A DNA stretch of 64,000 bases from an uncultured Clostridia bacterium (GTDB lineage Bacteria > Acidobacteriota > Blastocatellia > UBA7656): contig CAZTUB010000014.1 of assembly GCA_964615905.1 (NCBI GenBank), positions 88,057 through 152,056 on the forward strand, written 5' to 3'. Position numbers and translations under genes: made by a program. Every line of letters starts with the position of its first letter. Within the stretch, counting starts at the first letter, position 1. Shown one piece after another: positions 29,289 through 40,300 of this stretch. The notes under the pieces are model-generated. The model did not search any database. It worked only from the letters and a program-made list of their open reading frames with translations, and had not been told where the DNA came from.

Positions 29289-30272
29289 ATGACTGGGGAT
29301 AAGACAACAGTGAAAAAATTACCTGGACGGCTGACGACAAAAAACTCGATCACAGACGTATACGGCATCACCGTGGGGCACGCCGAAAACCAGGAGGCGC
29401 GCACCGGCTGCACAGTGGTGCTGTGCGGGAGTGAAGGCGCAATCGGCGGGGTAGACGTGCGCGGCGCGGCCCCCGGCACGCGCGAAACCGATCTGCTCAA
29501 CCCTGTCAACCTGGTCGAGCGCGTCCACGCAATCGTGCTTACGGGAGGGTCTGTCTTCGGGCTCGATTCGGCCTGCGGCGCGGTTCGGTATCTCGAAGAG
29601 AGGGGGATCGGGTTCGATACGGGTGTCGCCCGCGTGCCGATAGTGCCAGCCGCTGTGATCTTCGATCTTGCGGTCGGTGACGCGAAGACTCGACCCGACT
29701 CCGATATGGGTTATCAGGCGTGTCTGCGAGCGAGCGGCGGCAAGGTCAAAGAGGGGCGGGTCGGCGTCGGGGCGGGCGCAAGCGTCGGCAAGATCATGGG
29801 GGCCGCTTTCGCGTCATCGGGCGGCGTGGCGACACGCTCGGCAAGACTTGCGAGCGGCGCAACCGTAGGCGTGCTCGTAGTGGTTAACGCCTTCGGCGAC
29901 ATCGTTGACCCGGAGAGCGGGCGCATACTGGCCGGCGCGCGCATGCCTGGCAAGCGCGGCTGGCTCGACACCTCGCGGCTGTTGAGAACAGGCAACGCCG
30001 GTTCGTCGAAAGCTGCTCAGAACACAACGCTCGCCGTCGTCGCAACCGACGCAGGGCTTACAAAAGCGCAGGCGAGCAAAGTCGCGGCGATGGCTCACGA
30101 CGGCCTTGCGCGAGCCATCCGCCCTGTCCATACGATGTTTGACGGCGACACGATATTCGCTCTCTCTACCGGAAAGATCGAGGCAGACGTGACGAGCGTC
30201 GGGTCGGTCGCCGCAGACCTGCTCGCGCAGGCCATAGCGCGAGTCGGGCGCAAGACCGGCCCTAAAACTTAG
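29289..30272 (+). CDS. P1-family peptidase (DmpA/L-aminopeptidase D-Ala-esterase, S58)
   Basis: DmpA-like N-terminal segment ITDVYGITVGHAE...TGCTVVLC is present, together with a conserved GG/GS-rich core. The ATG at 29289 is chosen over the track's GTG at 29223, so the start is uncertain. Confidence 0.75.
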   Translation: MTGDKTTVKKLPGRLTTKNSITDVYGITVGHAENQEARTGCTVVLCGSEGAIGGVDVRGAAPGTRETDLLNPVNLVERVHAIVLTGGSVFGLDSACGAVRYLEERGIGFDTGVARVPIVPAAVIFDLAVGDAKTRPDSDMGYQACLRASGGKVKEGRVGVGAGASVGKIMGAAFASSGGVATRSARLASGATVGVLVVVNAFGDIVDPESGRILAGARMPGKRGWLDTSRLLRTGNAGSSKAAQNTTLAVVATDAGLTKAQASKVAAMAHDGLARAIRPVHTMFDGDTIFALSTGKIEADVTSVGSVAADLLAQAIARVGRKTGPKT

Positions 30273-31354
30273 GAAGCGTGGCGAGTGAACTCAAGGCATT
30301 TCGGGTCGCGGGGTTGTTTCAGGTCTAACGCGCGGTCTTCGCTCATGAGATCGTCGGGCGGGACGCCGCGCGCGATCATCGAGTCGAAGTAATCGTCGAC
30401 GTGGTCGAATATCTCTGTGATCGTCTGCGAGCGGAAGACGCGCTCGCGCAACCGCGCGCCGCCCGTCAGGCCGTGCGTGAAGTAGCCGCACATCTGTTTG
30501 AGCTTCCCGGCCAGCGCGCGTTCGGGCAATTCATCGTGCAGCAACTCGTGATACCTGTGCAGCACCCGCCTCTTTTCATCGAGCGGCGGCTGGTAAACTT
30601 CCTCGCCGCGCATCAACTCTGCGGTCTGCCGAAATATCCACGGGTTTGCGACCGCGCCGCGACCGATCATCACCGCGTCGACGCCTGTCTCGTCCAGCCG
30701 CTCGATGGCCTGTTCGGGCGTGACGACATCGCCGCAGCCGATGACAGGGATCGACACCGCCTGCTTGACCTCGGCGATGATGTCCCAGTTGGCCCGCCCG
30801 CTGTAACCCTGGGCGCGCGTGCGGCCGTGGATCGCCACCATGTTCGCGCCGCAATCTTCGACGAGCCGCGCCACCTCGACCGCGTTGATCGACGAGTCGT
30901 CCCACCCGGTCCGCATCTTCATCGTCAGCGGGATCGAAACCGCGCGGCGCACGCGGCGCAGAATCTTTTCCAGTTGCGGCAGGTCGCGCAACAGCGATGA
31001 CCCGCCGCCGCCTTTGACGACCTTCTTCGCAGGACAGCCGCAGTTGATGTCTATGATGTCGGCTCCGACCTCCTCGATTATCTCCGCCGCCATCTCCATG
31101 CGCTCGTCGTCGTAGCCGAATATCTGAATCGACAGCGGTCGCTCTTCGGGCAAAAACTTCATCATCCGGTGCGTCTTCATGTTACCGCGCGTGATCCCTT
31201 CGACAGAGATAAACTCTGTGACGATCAAACCCACGCCCGTCAGCTCCTTGATGAGACGGCGAAAGGATGAGTCGGTGACCCCCGCCATCGGCGCGAGCAC
31301 AAGGTTGGGACTTATCTGGACGCGGCCTATGTAAAGCTCACCTGCTCTGCTCAT
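30269..31354 (-). CDS. dus: tRNA-dihydrouridine synthase (DusB-like)
   Basis: The Dus signature LAPMAGVTDSSFRRL is present, as are the catalytic region and the FMN-binding TIM barrel. Confidence 0.9.
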   Translation of the reverse strand: MSRAGELYIGRVQISPNLVLAPMAGVTDSSFRRLIKELTGVGLIVTEFISVEGITRGNMKTHRMMKFLPEERPLSIQIFGYDDERMEMAAEIIEEVGADIIDINCGCPAKKVVKGGGGSSLLRDLPQLEKILRRVRRAVSIPLTMKMRTGWDDSSINAVEVARLVEDCGANMVAIHGRTRAQGYSGRANWDIIAEVKQAVSIPVIGCGDVVTPEQAIERLDETGVDAVMIGRGAVANPWIFRQTAELMRGEEVYQPPLDEKRRVLHRYHELLHDELPERALAGKLKQMCGYFTHGLTGGARLRERVFRSQTITEIFDHVDDYFDSMIARGVPPDDLMSEDRALDLKQPRDPKCLEFTRHAS

Positions 31355-31365
31355 AACCGTTTAGT

Positions 31366-32067
31366 CTAGCACAGCCCCGCCTGATTCGCCGCCTCGTAAT
31401 ACCGGCAGTAATCGACCAGGCAGCACTGCTCGCACAGCGGCGAGGTCGGGCGGCATACCTTCCGCCCGTGTCTTATCAAATTGACGTGGACTTCATAATG
31501 ACGCTCGGAAGGAATCATCCGCTCCATCAACCGGTGGGCCTCTTCGTCCGAGCACCTTTCGGGGATGAGCCCAAGCCTGCGACCGATCCGAAATATGTGC
31601 GTGTCGATTGGGAAGACCGGGCGGTTGCACGCGAAAAGCAGCGTACAGGCTACGGTCTTTGGGCCCACGCCTTTGAAGCCCGACAGAAACTCCCTCGCTT
31701 CTTCAAGCGGCGCCCGGTGAAGAAACGACAGGTCGAGCGAGCCTCGCTTCTGGTGTATCTCGTTTAAAAGCGTCTTGATCCTGACGGACTTCTGCCGCGC
31801 AAGCCCGCCCGACCGTATCGCCGCTTCGATTGAAGAAGCGCGGGCCCGCCGCGCGTTTTCCCAGGTGGGAAATCGCTTCTTCAGACTTTCAAAAGCCCTG
31901 TGGCTATTGACGTTGGTGGTCGATTGCGAAAGTATCGTTTGGATCAGCACGTCAAGCGGGTCAAGCTCGCGCTCACAGACCGGCACGCCGTAGACCGCTT
32001 TGAGGTTCTGGATAACGTAAGGGACGCTTTCAACCGAGGTGTTATCAACTTGCTCGACAGTCTTCAC
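31366..32067 (-). CDS. nth: Endonuclease III (HhH-GPD DNA glycosylase with a 4Fe-4S cluster)
   Basis: An HhH-GPD region is present (LSGFKGVGPKTVACTLLF...PIDTHIFRI). The C-terminal FeS motif is C-x6-C-x2-C-x5-C (CRPTSPLCEQCCLVDYC). Confidence 0.8.
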   Translation of the reverse strand: MKTVEQVDNTSVESVPYVIQNLKAVYGVPVCERELDPLDVLIQTILSQSTTNVNSHRAFESLKKRFPTWENARRARASSIEAAIRSGGLARQKSVRIKTLLNEIHQKRGSLDLSFLHRAPLEEAREFLSGFKGVGPKTVACTLLFACNRPVFPIDTHIFRIGRRLGLIPERCSDEEAHRLMERMIPSERHYEVHVNLIRHGRKVCRPTSPLCEQCCLVDYCRYYEAANQAGLC

Positions 32068-32090
32068 AAAACACTCAACCTCTCAAAAAA

Positions 32091-32303
32091 TCAGCTTCTC
32101 AGATCGCTCTCTTTGTAATCGCAGATCAGCCGCTCAGGGTCTTTGTCAAAGTAAGCCTCCTCGTTGAGCCACACCTGTATACGCCCGTTTTCCCTGACGC
32201 AGACGATCTGGTCGAAGAAGACATAATTGCCCGTCAGTTGCCCGTATTCGTTGAAAGTGTATTTCGGGATCAGATCGCGTATCTCTTCAAAGTCGATTCT
32301 CAT
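32091..32303 (-). CDS. Small hypothetical protein (about 70 aa)
   Basis: An ORF with ATG/GTG starts adjacent to hairpin repeat copy C. No domain is recognised. Confidence 0.4.
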   Translation of the reverse strand: MRIDFEEIRDLIPKYTFNEYGQLTGNYVFFDQIVCVRENGRIQVWLNEEAYFDKDPERLICDYKESDLRS

Positions 32304-32315
32304 CACTTTTCCTTT

Positions 32316-32411
32316 CGTGAACCGTGAACCGTAAACCGTGACAAGATGAAGACAGATACGCAGCGTGGTATCCTCCTCTGCCTTGTCACGGTTTACGGTT
32401 CACGGTTCACG
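32316..32411. repeat. Hairpin repeat family copy C (CGTGAACCGTGAACCGTAAACCGTGACAAG arms)
   Basis: Perfect 30-bp inverted arms (32316-32345 and 32382-32411) around a 36-nt loop. The right arm contains the last codons and stop of the M19 dipeptidase gene. Confidence 0.85.
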
Positions 32412-33710
32412 ATCTTTTGCTACGCGCTCGACTCTCGCCATGACGCGGAGCAGGTTTTCGCCCAGCACCTTCTTGATGTCCGCGTCCGAGTATCCGCGCT
32501 TCATAAGCTCGAAGGTAATGGCCGGAAGCTTCGAGATGTCTTCCATCCCCGTGGGCAGGCCCGTCACGCCGTCAAAATCAGACCCGATGCCTACGTGGTC
32601 TATGCCAGCAACCTTGGCGACATGATCGAAATGGTCTATGAGAACCGATAGCGGCGTTGCGGGCTGCCGGTTCGCCTCTCGCCATTTCCGCATCTCTTCC
32701 GAGACTCGTTTCGCGTCGTCGGGAAACTGCTTTCTGAACTCCTCCTGCTGTACCCTGGCCCGCATGCCAAGCTCGGCTTTGCGCGGGTCGATAAAGGCGT
32801 CGAAGAAGTTGATCATAACCACCCCGCCGTTTTTGGCTACGGCCCGAAACTGGTCGTCGGTCATATTGCGCGTGTGCGCGGCGAGCGAGCGCGCGGACGA
32901 GTGCGAAGCGATGACGGGCGCGCCCGTCACTTCGATAACGTCGAAGAAGGTCTTGTCCGAGACGTGCGAGATGTCGACCATCATCCCCAGTCGGTTCATC
33001 TCGCGCACGACTTCGCGCCCGAAATCTGTCAGCCCGTTGTGGTGTTTTACCGCAGGGTTATTGATGTCGCCTTCGGAGTCGGCCCAGTTGTTCGTGTTCG
33101 AATGCGTGAGCGTCATGTAGCGTATGCCTAAACGGTAGAACATCCTCAAGGCGTGAAGGCTGTCTTCGATGGCGTGACCGCCTTCGATCCCCATAAGCGA
33201 GGCGATCTTGCCTTTCTTCGCTATGCGGCGGATGTCGTCGCTCGTGTAGGCCATCTCAAGCACGTCCGGGTGGCGGCGCACCTGCTCGTAGACTATGTCG
33301 ATCATATCGAGCGCGCGGCGGGCCGCGCCGCCGCCTTCTTCGGGCTTCTTGTTGACGAACTCGCGCCCGACGTATACGGCAAAAAATTCCGCGTCGAGCC
33401 CGCCCGCCTTCATCCTGCGGAGGTCCGTGTGCGTCTTCTCTTTACGGGACTGGTCGTCGCCCGCCTGGCCCAGGTCGAACTTGTCATCGAGAATAGCCGA
33501 AGTGATGTCGTTGTGCGTGTCGATGACTATGGCCTCGCGGTGGAGTTTTTCCGCGCGCCGCCGCAGCGCGGCCTCGTCTTGAGTCGCGGCATTGTGCGTA
33601 GCGGCGTTCGGCGTCGGGCCTGATCCGGGTCTCCCGGTTGAAGGAGCTTGCGAGGCGAGCGCCGCGATGAAAAACAGTACTGCCGAATGCTTCAACAGTC
33701 GTTTGAGCAT
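32400..33710 (-). CDS. Secreted membrane dipeptidase, peptidase family M19
   Basis: The M19 N-terminal motif is present (AIVIDTHNDITSAI) along with the characteristic His/Asp metal ligands along the barrel. It has a signal peptide. The last three codons and the stop lie inside hairpin repeat C. Confidence 0.85.
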   Translation of the reverse strand: MLKRLLKHSAVLFFIAALASQAPSTGRPGSGPTPNAATHNAATQDEAALRRRAEKLHREAIVIDTHNDITSAILDDKFDLGQAGDDQSRKEKTHTDLRRMKAGGLDAEFFAVYVGREFVNKKPEEGGGAARRALDMIDIVYEQVRRHPDVLEMAYTSDDIRRIAKKGKIASLMGIEGGHAIEDSLHALRMFYRLGIRYMTLTHSNTNNWADSEGDINNPAVKHHNGLTDFGREVVREMNRLGMMVDISHVSDKTFFDVIEVTGAPVIASHSSARSLAAHTRNMTDDQFRAVAKNGGVVMINFFDAFIDPRKAELGMRARVQQEEFRKQFPDDAKRVSEEMRKWREANRQPATPLSVLIDHFDHVAKVAGIDHVGIGSDFDGVTGLPTGMEDISKLPAITFELMKRGYSDADIKKVLGENLLRVMARVERVAKDREP

Positions 33711-33789
33711 AATAAGAATATCCCCTTAAAGCAGGTTTTGAATTGACCACTGAAAACCGAAAATTACTGACAAGCAAAGACTGTAGCTG

Positions 33790-34905
33790 CTACTTCGAGG
33801 TATAGTACCCGCGCCGCGCGCGCACCTGAAGGCCGGGCCGCTTCGCCTCGACGCGTATAGTCCTGAACGTATCGGGTCGCGGGGTGCTCTTTGAATAATA
33901 TGTCAGAACGTACTGCGCGCGGACCTCTGCGGCGATCCGTCTATAAATCTCTTCGAGGTCGCGCGCTTCCTTCTTGGGGTCGTCGTAGATGGGCGGAAAA
34001 AATGCTTTGCCGCCCGTGTCCTCGCTCATCGCCTTCAGCACAAACTCGCCCGCGAGGTCCTGCACGTTTGCCGACAGCGCGACTCCCGTCGAGTGCACCC
34101 CGTAGATGACCGCATCGCTCTTTTGCACCTCGGTGAGCGCCTGCGCGAGCGTCGAGCCCGACGCCGTGTCTGTGCCGTCCGAGAGCACTATCATAACGTG
34201 ACGGCCTTCGGCGGGGCGAAGGTACTTCGCCGCTTCGAGCAGGGAGCTGTAAAGCGCGGTCGCGCCTTCGGGCTTCATTCGCGCGAGCGTGCTTGTGAGG
34301 TGGTCGATGCTTGAAGTGAACTGGGTTTCGAGCTTGGGCTCGTTCGATACGCTGATGATGGCCGCCTGGTCGCCGGGCCTCATCAGGTGGCGGAAAAACT
34401 GAGCGGCGGCTCGCTGCTCGAAATCGAACCTGTGGCGTATTGAGATTGAAGTATCGAACAGGAAGACGAGTCTGAGCGGCAATTGGTTTTCGCGGTAGAG
34501 TTTTTCCACCTCTTGCGGCTCGCCGTCCTCGTAGATGATGAAATCTTTCTCCGTGAGGTCGTTGATCTGATTTCCCGCCGCATCCGTGACTGAGGTTATA
34601 ACCGTCACAAGGTCCGAGCTGAGCGTTATGGGCTTGTCGTCCTGATCGTCGCCGACGCGGCGCGGGCGTGAATCCTGGCTCGAAGCGTCCTTGCTTTTCG
34701 GCTCCTGCGGTCGCGAGCTTACGCCCTGCCTGCCCGTTTCCTGCGTTGCGGGCTGGCGGCCCGATTGAGCGGAGGTCGGGCGCGGGAATGCGGCCGAAAG
34801 CACAAGCAGGCATATCACAAACGCGGAAACGAGCGCCGTTTGTGAGACTATATGAGAGGCTGAAAGGACTCTTTTGCTTCGAGCTAAATTCAAAATCAAC
34901 TTGTT
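33790..34905 (-). CDS. Secreted von Willebrand factor type A (VWA) domain protein
   Basis: The VWA MIDAS region is LVFLFDTSISI...IVLSDGTDT. The track's start at 34956 would translate the hairpin repeat (MSLVTCHCLLVT); a downstream GTG near 34905 is more plausible, so the start is approximate. Confidence 0.7.
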   Translation of the reverse strand, partial: NKLILNLARSKRVLSASHIVSQTALVSAFVICLLVLSAAFPRPTSAQSGRQPATQETGRQGVSSRPQEPKSKDASSQDSRPRRVGDDQDDKPITLSSDLVTVITSVTDAAGNQINDLTEKDFIIYEDGEPQEVEKLYRENQLPLRLVFLFDTSISIRHRFDFEQRAAAQFFRHLMRPGDQAAIISVSNEPKLETQFTSSIDHLTSTLARMKPEGATALYSSLLEAAKYLRPAEGRHVMIVLSDGTDTASGSTLAQALTEVQKSDAVIYGVHSTGVALSANVQDLAGEFVLKAMSEDTGGKAFFPPIYDDPKKEARDLEEIYRRIAAEVRAQYVLTYYSKSTPRPDTFRTIRVEAKRPGLQVRARRGYYTSK

Positions 34906-34916
34906 CACCTCACTCG

Positions 34917-35016
34917 GGAGAGTGACAAGTAAACAGTGACAAGTGACAAGTGACAAGAAAGAGTAGACGTACTTTTCTCCTTCTTGTCACTTGTCACTGT
35001 TTACTTGTCACTCTCC
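34917..35016. repeat. Hairpin repeat family copy D (GGAGAGTGACAAGTAAACAGTGACAAGTGACAAG arms)
   Basis: About 36-bp complementary arms, with one extra GTGACAA unit on the left arm. The right arm encodes the last five codons and stop of trmFO. Confidence 0.85.
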
Positions 35017-36338
35017 AAATAGCTTGCCCGCCACTGGTCGAAATCTTTCAAAGCAAGCTCGACCTGAAGCCTGTGACGGTCGGCCTTGCGCCGGACGCGC
35101 TTTCTGTCTGCTTCATCAAGTGGTACTAAAAGGGCGAACGTAATGTTCATCGGCTGAAAGTTTTTCGCCTCGGCGTTTGCGATATAGTTTACAAGGCTCC
35201 CCATAGCCGTGCGGCGCGGCGGCGCGACCGGCGCACGGCCGCGCGCAAGCTCTGATGCATGAACGCCAGCCATAAAGCCCGTCGCCATAGCTTCGATATA
35301 GCCTTCGACGCCCGAAATCTGCCCCGCGAAAAGAATGTCCGGTCGGGCGCGCACCTGCAAGGTTTCGCCGAGCACGAGCGGCGCGCAGATAAACGTATTT
35401 CTGTGAATCTGCCCGAACCGTATGAACTCGGCCTGCTCCAGGCCGGGGACCAATTGCAGGACGCGCTTCTGTTCGCCGAACTTGAGATGGTTTTGAAACC
35501 CTACGAGGTTGTAGCTGTCGGCCAGCAAATTCTCCTGGCGAAGCTGCACGACCGCAAACGGCTGGTGGCCCGTGCGAGGGTCGCGCAACCCGACAGGCTT
35601 CATAGGGCCGTAGCGCAGCGTGTCGCGCCCGCGCCGCGCGATCTCTTCTATCGGCAGGCAGCCCTCAAAGTACATGGTCTGCTCGAACTCGTGAAGCCGG
35701 ACCGATTCGGCTGAAACCAGCGCGTCGTAAAAGCGGTTGTACTCGGCCTCGTCCATGGGGCAGTTGATATAGTCGGCCCCGCCTTTGTCATAACGAGCCG
35801 CGCGAAAGGCCACGCTTGTGTTTATCGAGTCGGCTTCGACTACGGGCGAGATGGCGTCATAAAAATAGAGGTGGTCGGAGCCGGTCAATCGAGCTATCTC
35901 GTCGGAAAGCGCGGGCGATGTGAGCGGCCCTGTGGCGATGATGACAGGCCCGTCGTCCGGAAGCGTGACGGCCTCCTCGCGTATGACCTCTATCAGCGGG
36001 TGAGCGTCTATGCGCCGCGTAACCTCTTCGGCAAAACGCTCGCGGTCTACGGCAAGCGCGGCGCCCGCGGGGACCGATGTCTCGTGCGCGACTTCGAGCA
36101 AAAGCGACCCGCCGCGACGAAGCTCCTCTTTGAGCAGGTAAGGCGCAGTGCCCGGCTCGTCCGATTTTAGCGAGTTCGAGCAGACTATCTCGCCGAGATT
36201 CTCGCTCCGGTGTGCTGCTGTCTTGCGAACGGGGCGCATCTCGTAGAGCCGCACCCGCGCGCCGCGACGGGCCGCCTGCCACGCCGCCTCGCTCCCCGCA
36301 AGCCCGCCGCCTATCACTGTTATACGGTTGTCGCTCAT
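35001..36338 (-). CDS. trmFO: Methylenetetrahydrofolate--tRNA-(uracil-5-)-methyltransferase TrmFO
   Basis: The FAD motif VIGGGLAGSEAAWQ is present and full-length TrmFO/Gid similarity is evident (CSNSLKSD...). The start is taken at MSDNR (36338). The last five codons and the stop lie within hairpin repeat D. Confidence 0.9.
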   Translation of the reverse strand: MSDNRITVIGGGLAGSEAAWQAARRGARVRLYEMRPVRKTAAHRSENLGEIVCSNSLKSDEPGTAPYLLKEELRRGGSLLLEVAHETSVPAGAALAVDRERFAEEVTRRIDAHPLIEVIREEAVTLPDDGPVIIATGPLTSPALSDEIARLTGSDHLYFYDAISPVVEADSINTSVAFRAARYDKGGADYINCPMDEAEYNRFYDALVSAESVRLHEFEQTMYFEGCLPIEEIARRGRDTLRYGPMKPVGLRDPRTGHQPFAVVQLRQENLLADSYNLVGFQNHLKFGEQKRVLQLVPGLEQAEFIRFGQIHRNTFICAPLVLGETLQVRARPDILFAGQISGVEGYIEAMATGFMAGVHASELARGRAPVAPPRRTAMGSLVNYIANAEAKNFQPMNITFALLVPLDEADRKRVRRKADRHRLQVELALKDFDQWRASYLESDK

Positions 36339-36478
36339 CTTTATAAAGTCTGCCGCCTTGTTCGCCCCGGCCTCTGATTCTAACATCGGCGCGGGAAGGG
36401 TATCAAATTGAGCGGGATTCGCGATCCGGGTTTCCGGCTTGTCACGGGCGCGGCTTTGATATAGGCTTCGCCACTATT

Positions 36479-36904
36479 ATGAGCGTGGACGAAACTGCAT
36501 TGATTGAAGAGGCGAACGCCACGTTTTATCGAGCAATCGAGCTTCGCAGCATCGAGTTGATGGGCGAGGTCTGGGCCCACGAAGAGTGGGTGAAATGCGT
36601 TCACCCCGGTTGGGATTTGATAACGGGCTGGCGGCGAGTGCGCGAAAGCTGGATGAGCATCTTTGAAGGCGGCCAGAGGCTTCAAATCTCACCCCTGTTC
36701 GTCGAGGTAAACCACCTGGGCGACGTGGCCTGGGTCTCGTGCACCGAAGACATAATCGCGTCCTACGAAGTCAGCATCGAATCGGCGCAGGCTACTTCGA
36801 CAAACCTGTTCGTGCGCCGCCAGTCCCGGTGGCTCCTCGTCCACCATCACGCCTCGGCTATCCCGTTGATTATATCTGGCGATTCAGTAGATATAATACA
36901 ATGA
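36479..36904 (+). CDS. NTF2-like/SnoaL-like (DUF4440-type) protein
   Basis: It has an NTF2-like pattern (NATFYRAIE...W.HEEWVKCVHPGW...) and is 141 aa. Confidence 0.6.
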   Translation: MSVDETALIEEANATFYRAIELRSIELMGEVWAHEEWVKCVHPGWDLITGWRRVRESWMSIFEGGQRLQISPLFVEVNHLGDVAWVSCTEDIIASYEVSIESAQATSTNLFVRRQSRWLLVHHHASAIPLIISGDSVDIIQ

Positions 36905-36913
36905 TCCGAATGT

Positions 36914-36938
36914 TCGAATATGTAAATTCAAATATTCG
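36914..36938. promoter_or_regulatory. Inverted repeat TCGAATAT-N9-ATATTCGG in the low-GC region upstream of TBDR copy 1
   Basis: A 7/8-bp inverted repeat in an AT-rich 430-bp intergenic region, which is likely the promoter or regulatory region. Confidence 0.25.
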
Positions 36939-37335
36939 GATTTATCTTCAAATTCTCGTAGCCCCGGCAAGGTAAAATCGGTCCGGAAGCCGCTTCGATT
37001 TCAAGGCAAGCCAAGTCACCCCTGCAATTAGCCACTTGTAAATTTCTTGTAAAAATTAGGAATAGCGATTGCAGCTTTTGCCGCCATTGGCTTTGAGCTG
37101 GTAATAAAAATCACGTCAATAAAGAAGCAAGGCCTGATCTTTAGCTGATAATCAATTCAGGCAAGCGTTGGTTTTAGGGTTTTGGGCAGCAGTTACAACC
37201 CCACTGATTTACCCTTCTTCAGGACTCAGGTAGCCGTTTCGTAAAGAACATCCCCGATCAGTCGACTTGTCCAAGGGCCAGGTTTCATTAGGAGTCGACG
37301 GGGAAAGATTCGAATAAAAATTGAGAGGAGACGAC

Positions 37336-40300
37336 ATGAATAAGAGAGGATTACCCCTACTTAGGGAACGGTTCAAGGCAGTTGGAACAGTTCTCGTGCT
37401 TCTGACTCTCTCGCTGGGACAGGTGGGCTCTGCGTTTTCGCAAGAGGTCACTGGAAATCTGAGCGGAGAGGTCAAAGACCCGACGGGCGCGGTAATTGCG
37501 GGGGCGATTGTGACCGCCGCAAGCGACCGTCAAACGCATGACACGACAACAGACAGCGCGGGCGTCTATACGTTCCGCCAGTTGCCTCCGGGCATATATA
37601 CCATCACCGCCAGCGGGACAGGTTTCGGCTCGGTCAAGCGCGAAAACGTCGTGGTCGAGATAGGCCGCACCTTACAGGTCAACTTTGATCTGAAGCCTGT
37701 CGCCACAGGCGACACCGTGACCGTAACGGCATCGGACCAGCCCATCGTTGACGTGACATCTTCAAAGACCGCCACAAACATCAACGAGCAGCAGATCGAA
37801 GCCCTGCCGAAGCGGACGCTCAACTTCACTTCGGTTCTGGAAGTGGCCCCCGGCACTCGCAACGAGGGCAAAGCGGCGGGCTTTCAGGTTGACGGCGCTT
37901 CGGGGTCCGAGAACGTCTTTGTCATCGACGGCGTCGAAGTGACAAACATCGTCGGCGGCACGCTCGGCGGTCGCACTTCGCAGACGGCCAAGAACATCCC
38001 GCTCGACTTCGTCAAAGAGGTGCAGGTCAAAAGCGCCGGTTATGAAGCCGAATACGGCGGCGCGACCGGCGGCGTATTCAATGTGGTAACAAAGGGCGGG
38101 ACCAATGACTGGCACGGCGAGATACGGCTGGAATACTCGTCCGACACCTTCCGTGCCGAAGATAACCCCGACCTTCTGGTCAACCGCCTGGACCAGGATG
38201 CCGAAACGACTGAGTACCGCTTCAATCCGAGCGGCAAGGACAACAGCCGTTTTGTCAGCCCGATATTCTCGCTGGGCGGGCCGATCCTTAAAGACAAGCT
38301 GTGGCTCTTTGCCAGCTACGCTCCGCAGTATTTCAACAGGACTCGCCGGCTCGACCTCATCAAGGCAATCGCGCCCGGCGACACCGAGATCGTCACGCTG
38401 AACTCAAGAGATGTCAACTACAGAGAGAAGGACAATTATTACATAGCCCGTCTCGACTGGGCTCCGACGAGCAACCTCTCTGTCTTTGGCAACTTCATCA
38501 ACAGCTCTATCAAGACCGAAGGCCCTCCGTCGCTTCTGGCGTTGCAGACCACAAGCAACATCACCTTCTCCAACCCGCGTTACGCGTTCCAGGGCGGCTA
38601 CACCCCTGCGTGGCAAGGCGCGGGCGGCGTGAGCTGGAACATCACGGACCGGCTTGTGTTCAGCTTCCGTGGCGGCCACACATACCTCAACGACAAGGGC
38701 GGTTCTTACGACATACCGCTCAACACGCCGCTCGTGACGATCACCGTCGCCTGCCCGTCGGCGTTGTTCAATTGCCCGGCCGGGACTACGACCACGGGCA
38801 ATCCCACGATCCTGACCAACAGCACGACGCTGTTTGATATAACGCGGCGGACGAACCTCAACTTCGACGCCACATATATCGCTCGCGTCTTCGGCCAGCA
38901 GCACATCTTCAAAGGCGGCTACCAGACGAACCGCTTGAGCAACAAGGTGCAGTTCGGAAACTCCGGCGGCAGGTTCAACTTCTCGTTCGACCGCTCGCGT
39001 TCGGGCCAGCGCGGCCAGTTCGGCTTCTATCAGGTCGACGAGTTCGAGAGGATCGGCGACGTGAGCAGCAGCAACCAGGGCTTCTTTGTGCAGGATGCCT
39101 GGCAGGTTCACCCGCGCTTCACCGCGAACCTGGGGCTCCGTTTCGAAAAAGAGTTTCTCCCTTCGTTCCCGGTCGTCGCGGAATTCCACCCGACCATCCC
39201 AGAAGGCACAGAGATATTCTCCGACCCGATCAAATTCGGATGGGGCGACAAGATCGCTCCGCGTCTCGGATTTGCCTTTGACGTGTTCGGCAACGGCAAG
39301 CTGAAGATAAGCGGCAGCTACTCGCGCTTCTTCGACACGATGAAGTATGAGCTGGCTCGCGGCTCGTTCGGCGGCGAGAAGTTCCTCCGCACGTTCCGCA
39401 AGCTGGACACGCTCGACATATTCAGCATCAATCTCAACAACACGCCGGGCGACATCATCTCAGGGCCGAGCGATCTGCGCTTCCCGTCGAACACGCAGCT
39501 TCCGGGCGAGCAGCCCGGTGTTGACCCCAACATCGAGCCCTACCGTCAGCACGAATACTCGCTCGGCGCGGAATACGCCTTCGGTCGCGACGTCGTCGTC
39601 AGCGCGCGCTTCACACGCAAGGAGCTTGACCGCGCGATTGAAGACATCGGCGGCGCGCTTCCCGACGGGACGGAGATCTTCACCATAGGCAACCCCGGCT
39701 TCGGCATCACTCAAGAGGTCTTCGATCCCCCGACGCCGAGGGCCGTTCGCGAGTACACAGGTCTTGAGCTACGACTGGACAAGCGTTTCACAAACAACTG
39801 GTACGCGAACGTCTCTTATATTCGCAGCAAGCTGTTTGGCAACTACTCAGGCCTGGCAAGCTCGGACGAGTTTGGCCGCACAAGCCCTAACGTCAATCGC
39901 TATTTCGATCTCCCCGAAGAGAGCTTCAACACGTTCGGGGAAGTCAACTACGGCCGATTGCCGACCGACCGCCCGAACACGTTCAAGTTCTTCTCGGCAT
40001 ACCGTTTTGATTACGGTCTGTTCGGGAAGAGGATGGAGACGGAGATAGGCGGCAGCCAGATCGTCTACCAGGGGATACCGCTCTCGACGCGCATCAATGT
40101 CGGCATAGGCGGAAGCGTCGGCCTCGACGTTTACCCTGTAGGTCGCGGCGACATAGGCCGCACAAATGTCCTGACCCAGACCGATCTGATCCTGCGCCAG
40201 GCGATACCCATAAGCGAGCGCGTGAGGTTCAACTTCACGATGAACGTGACAAACCTGTTCGACGAGCGCAACGAGCTTGACCGGTTCAACCTCTTCACAG

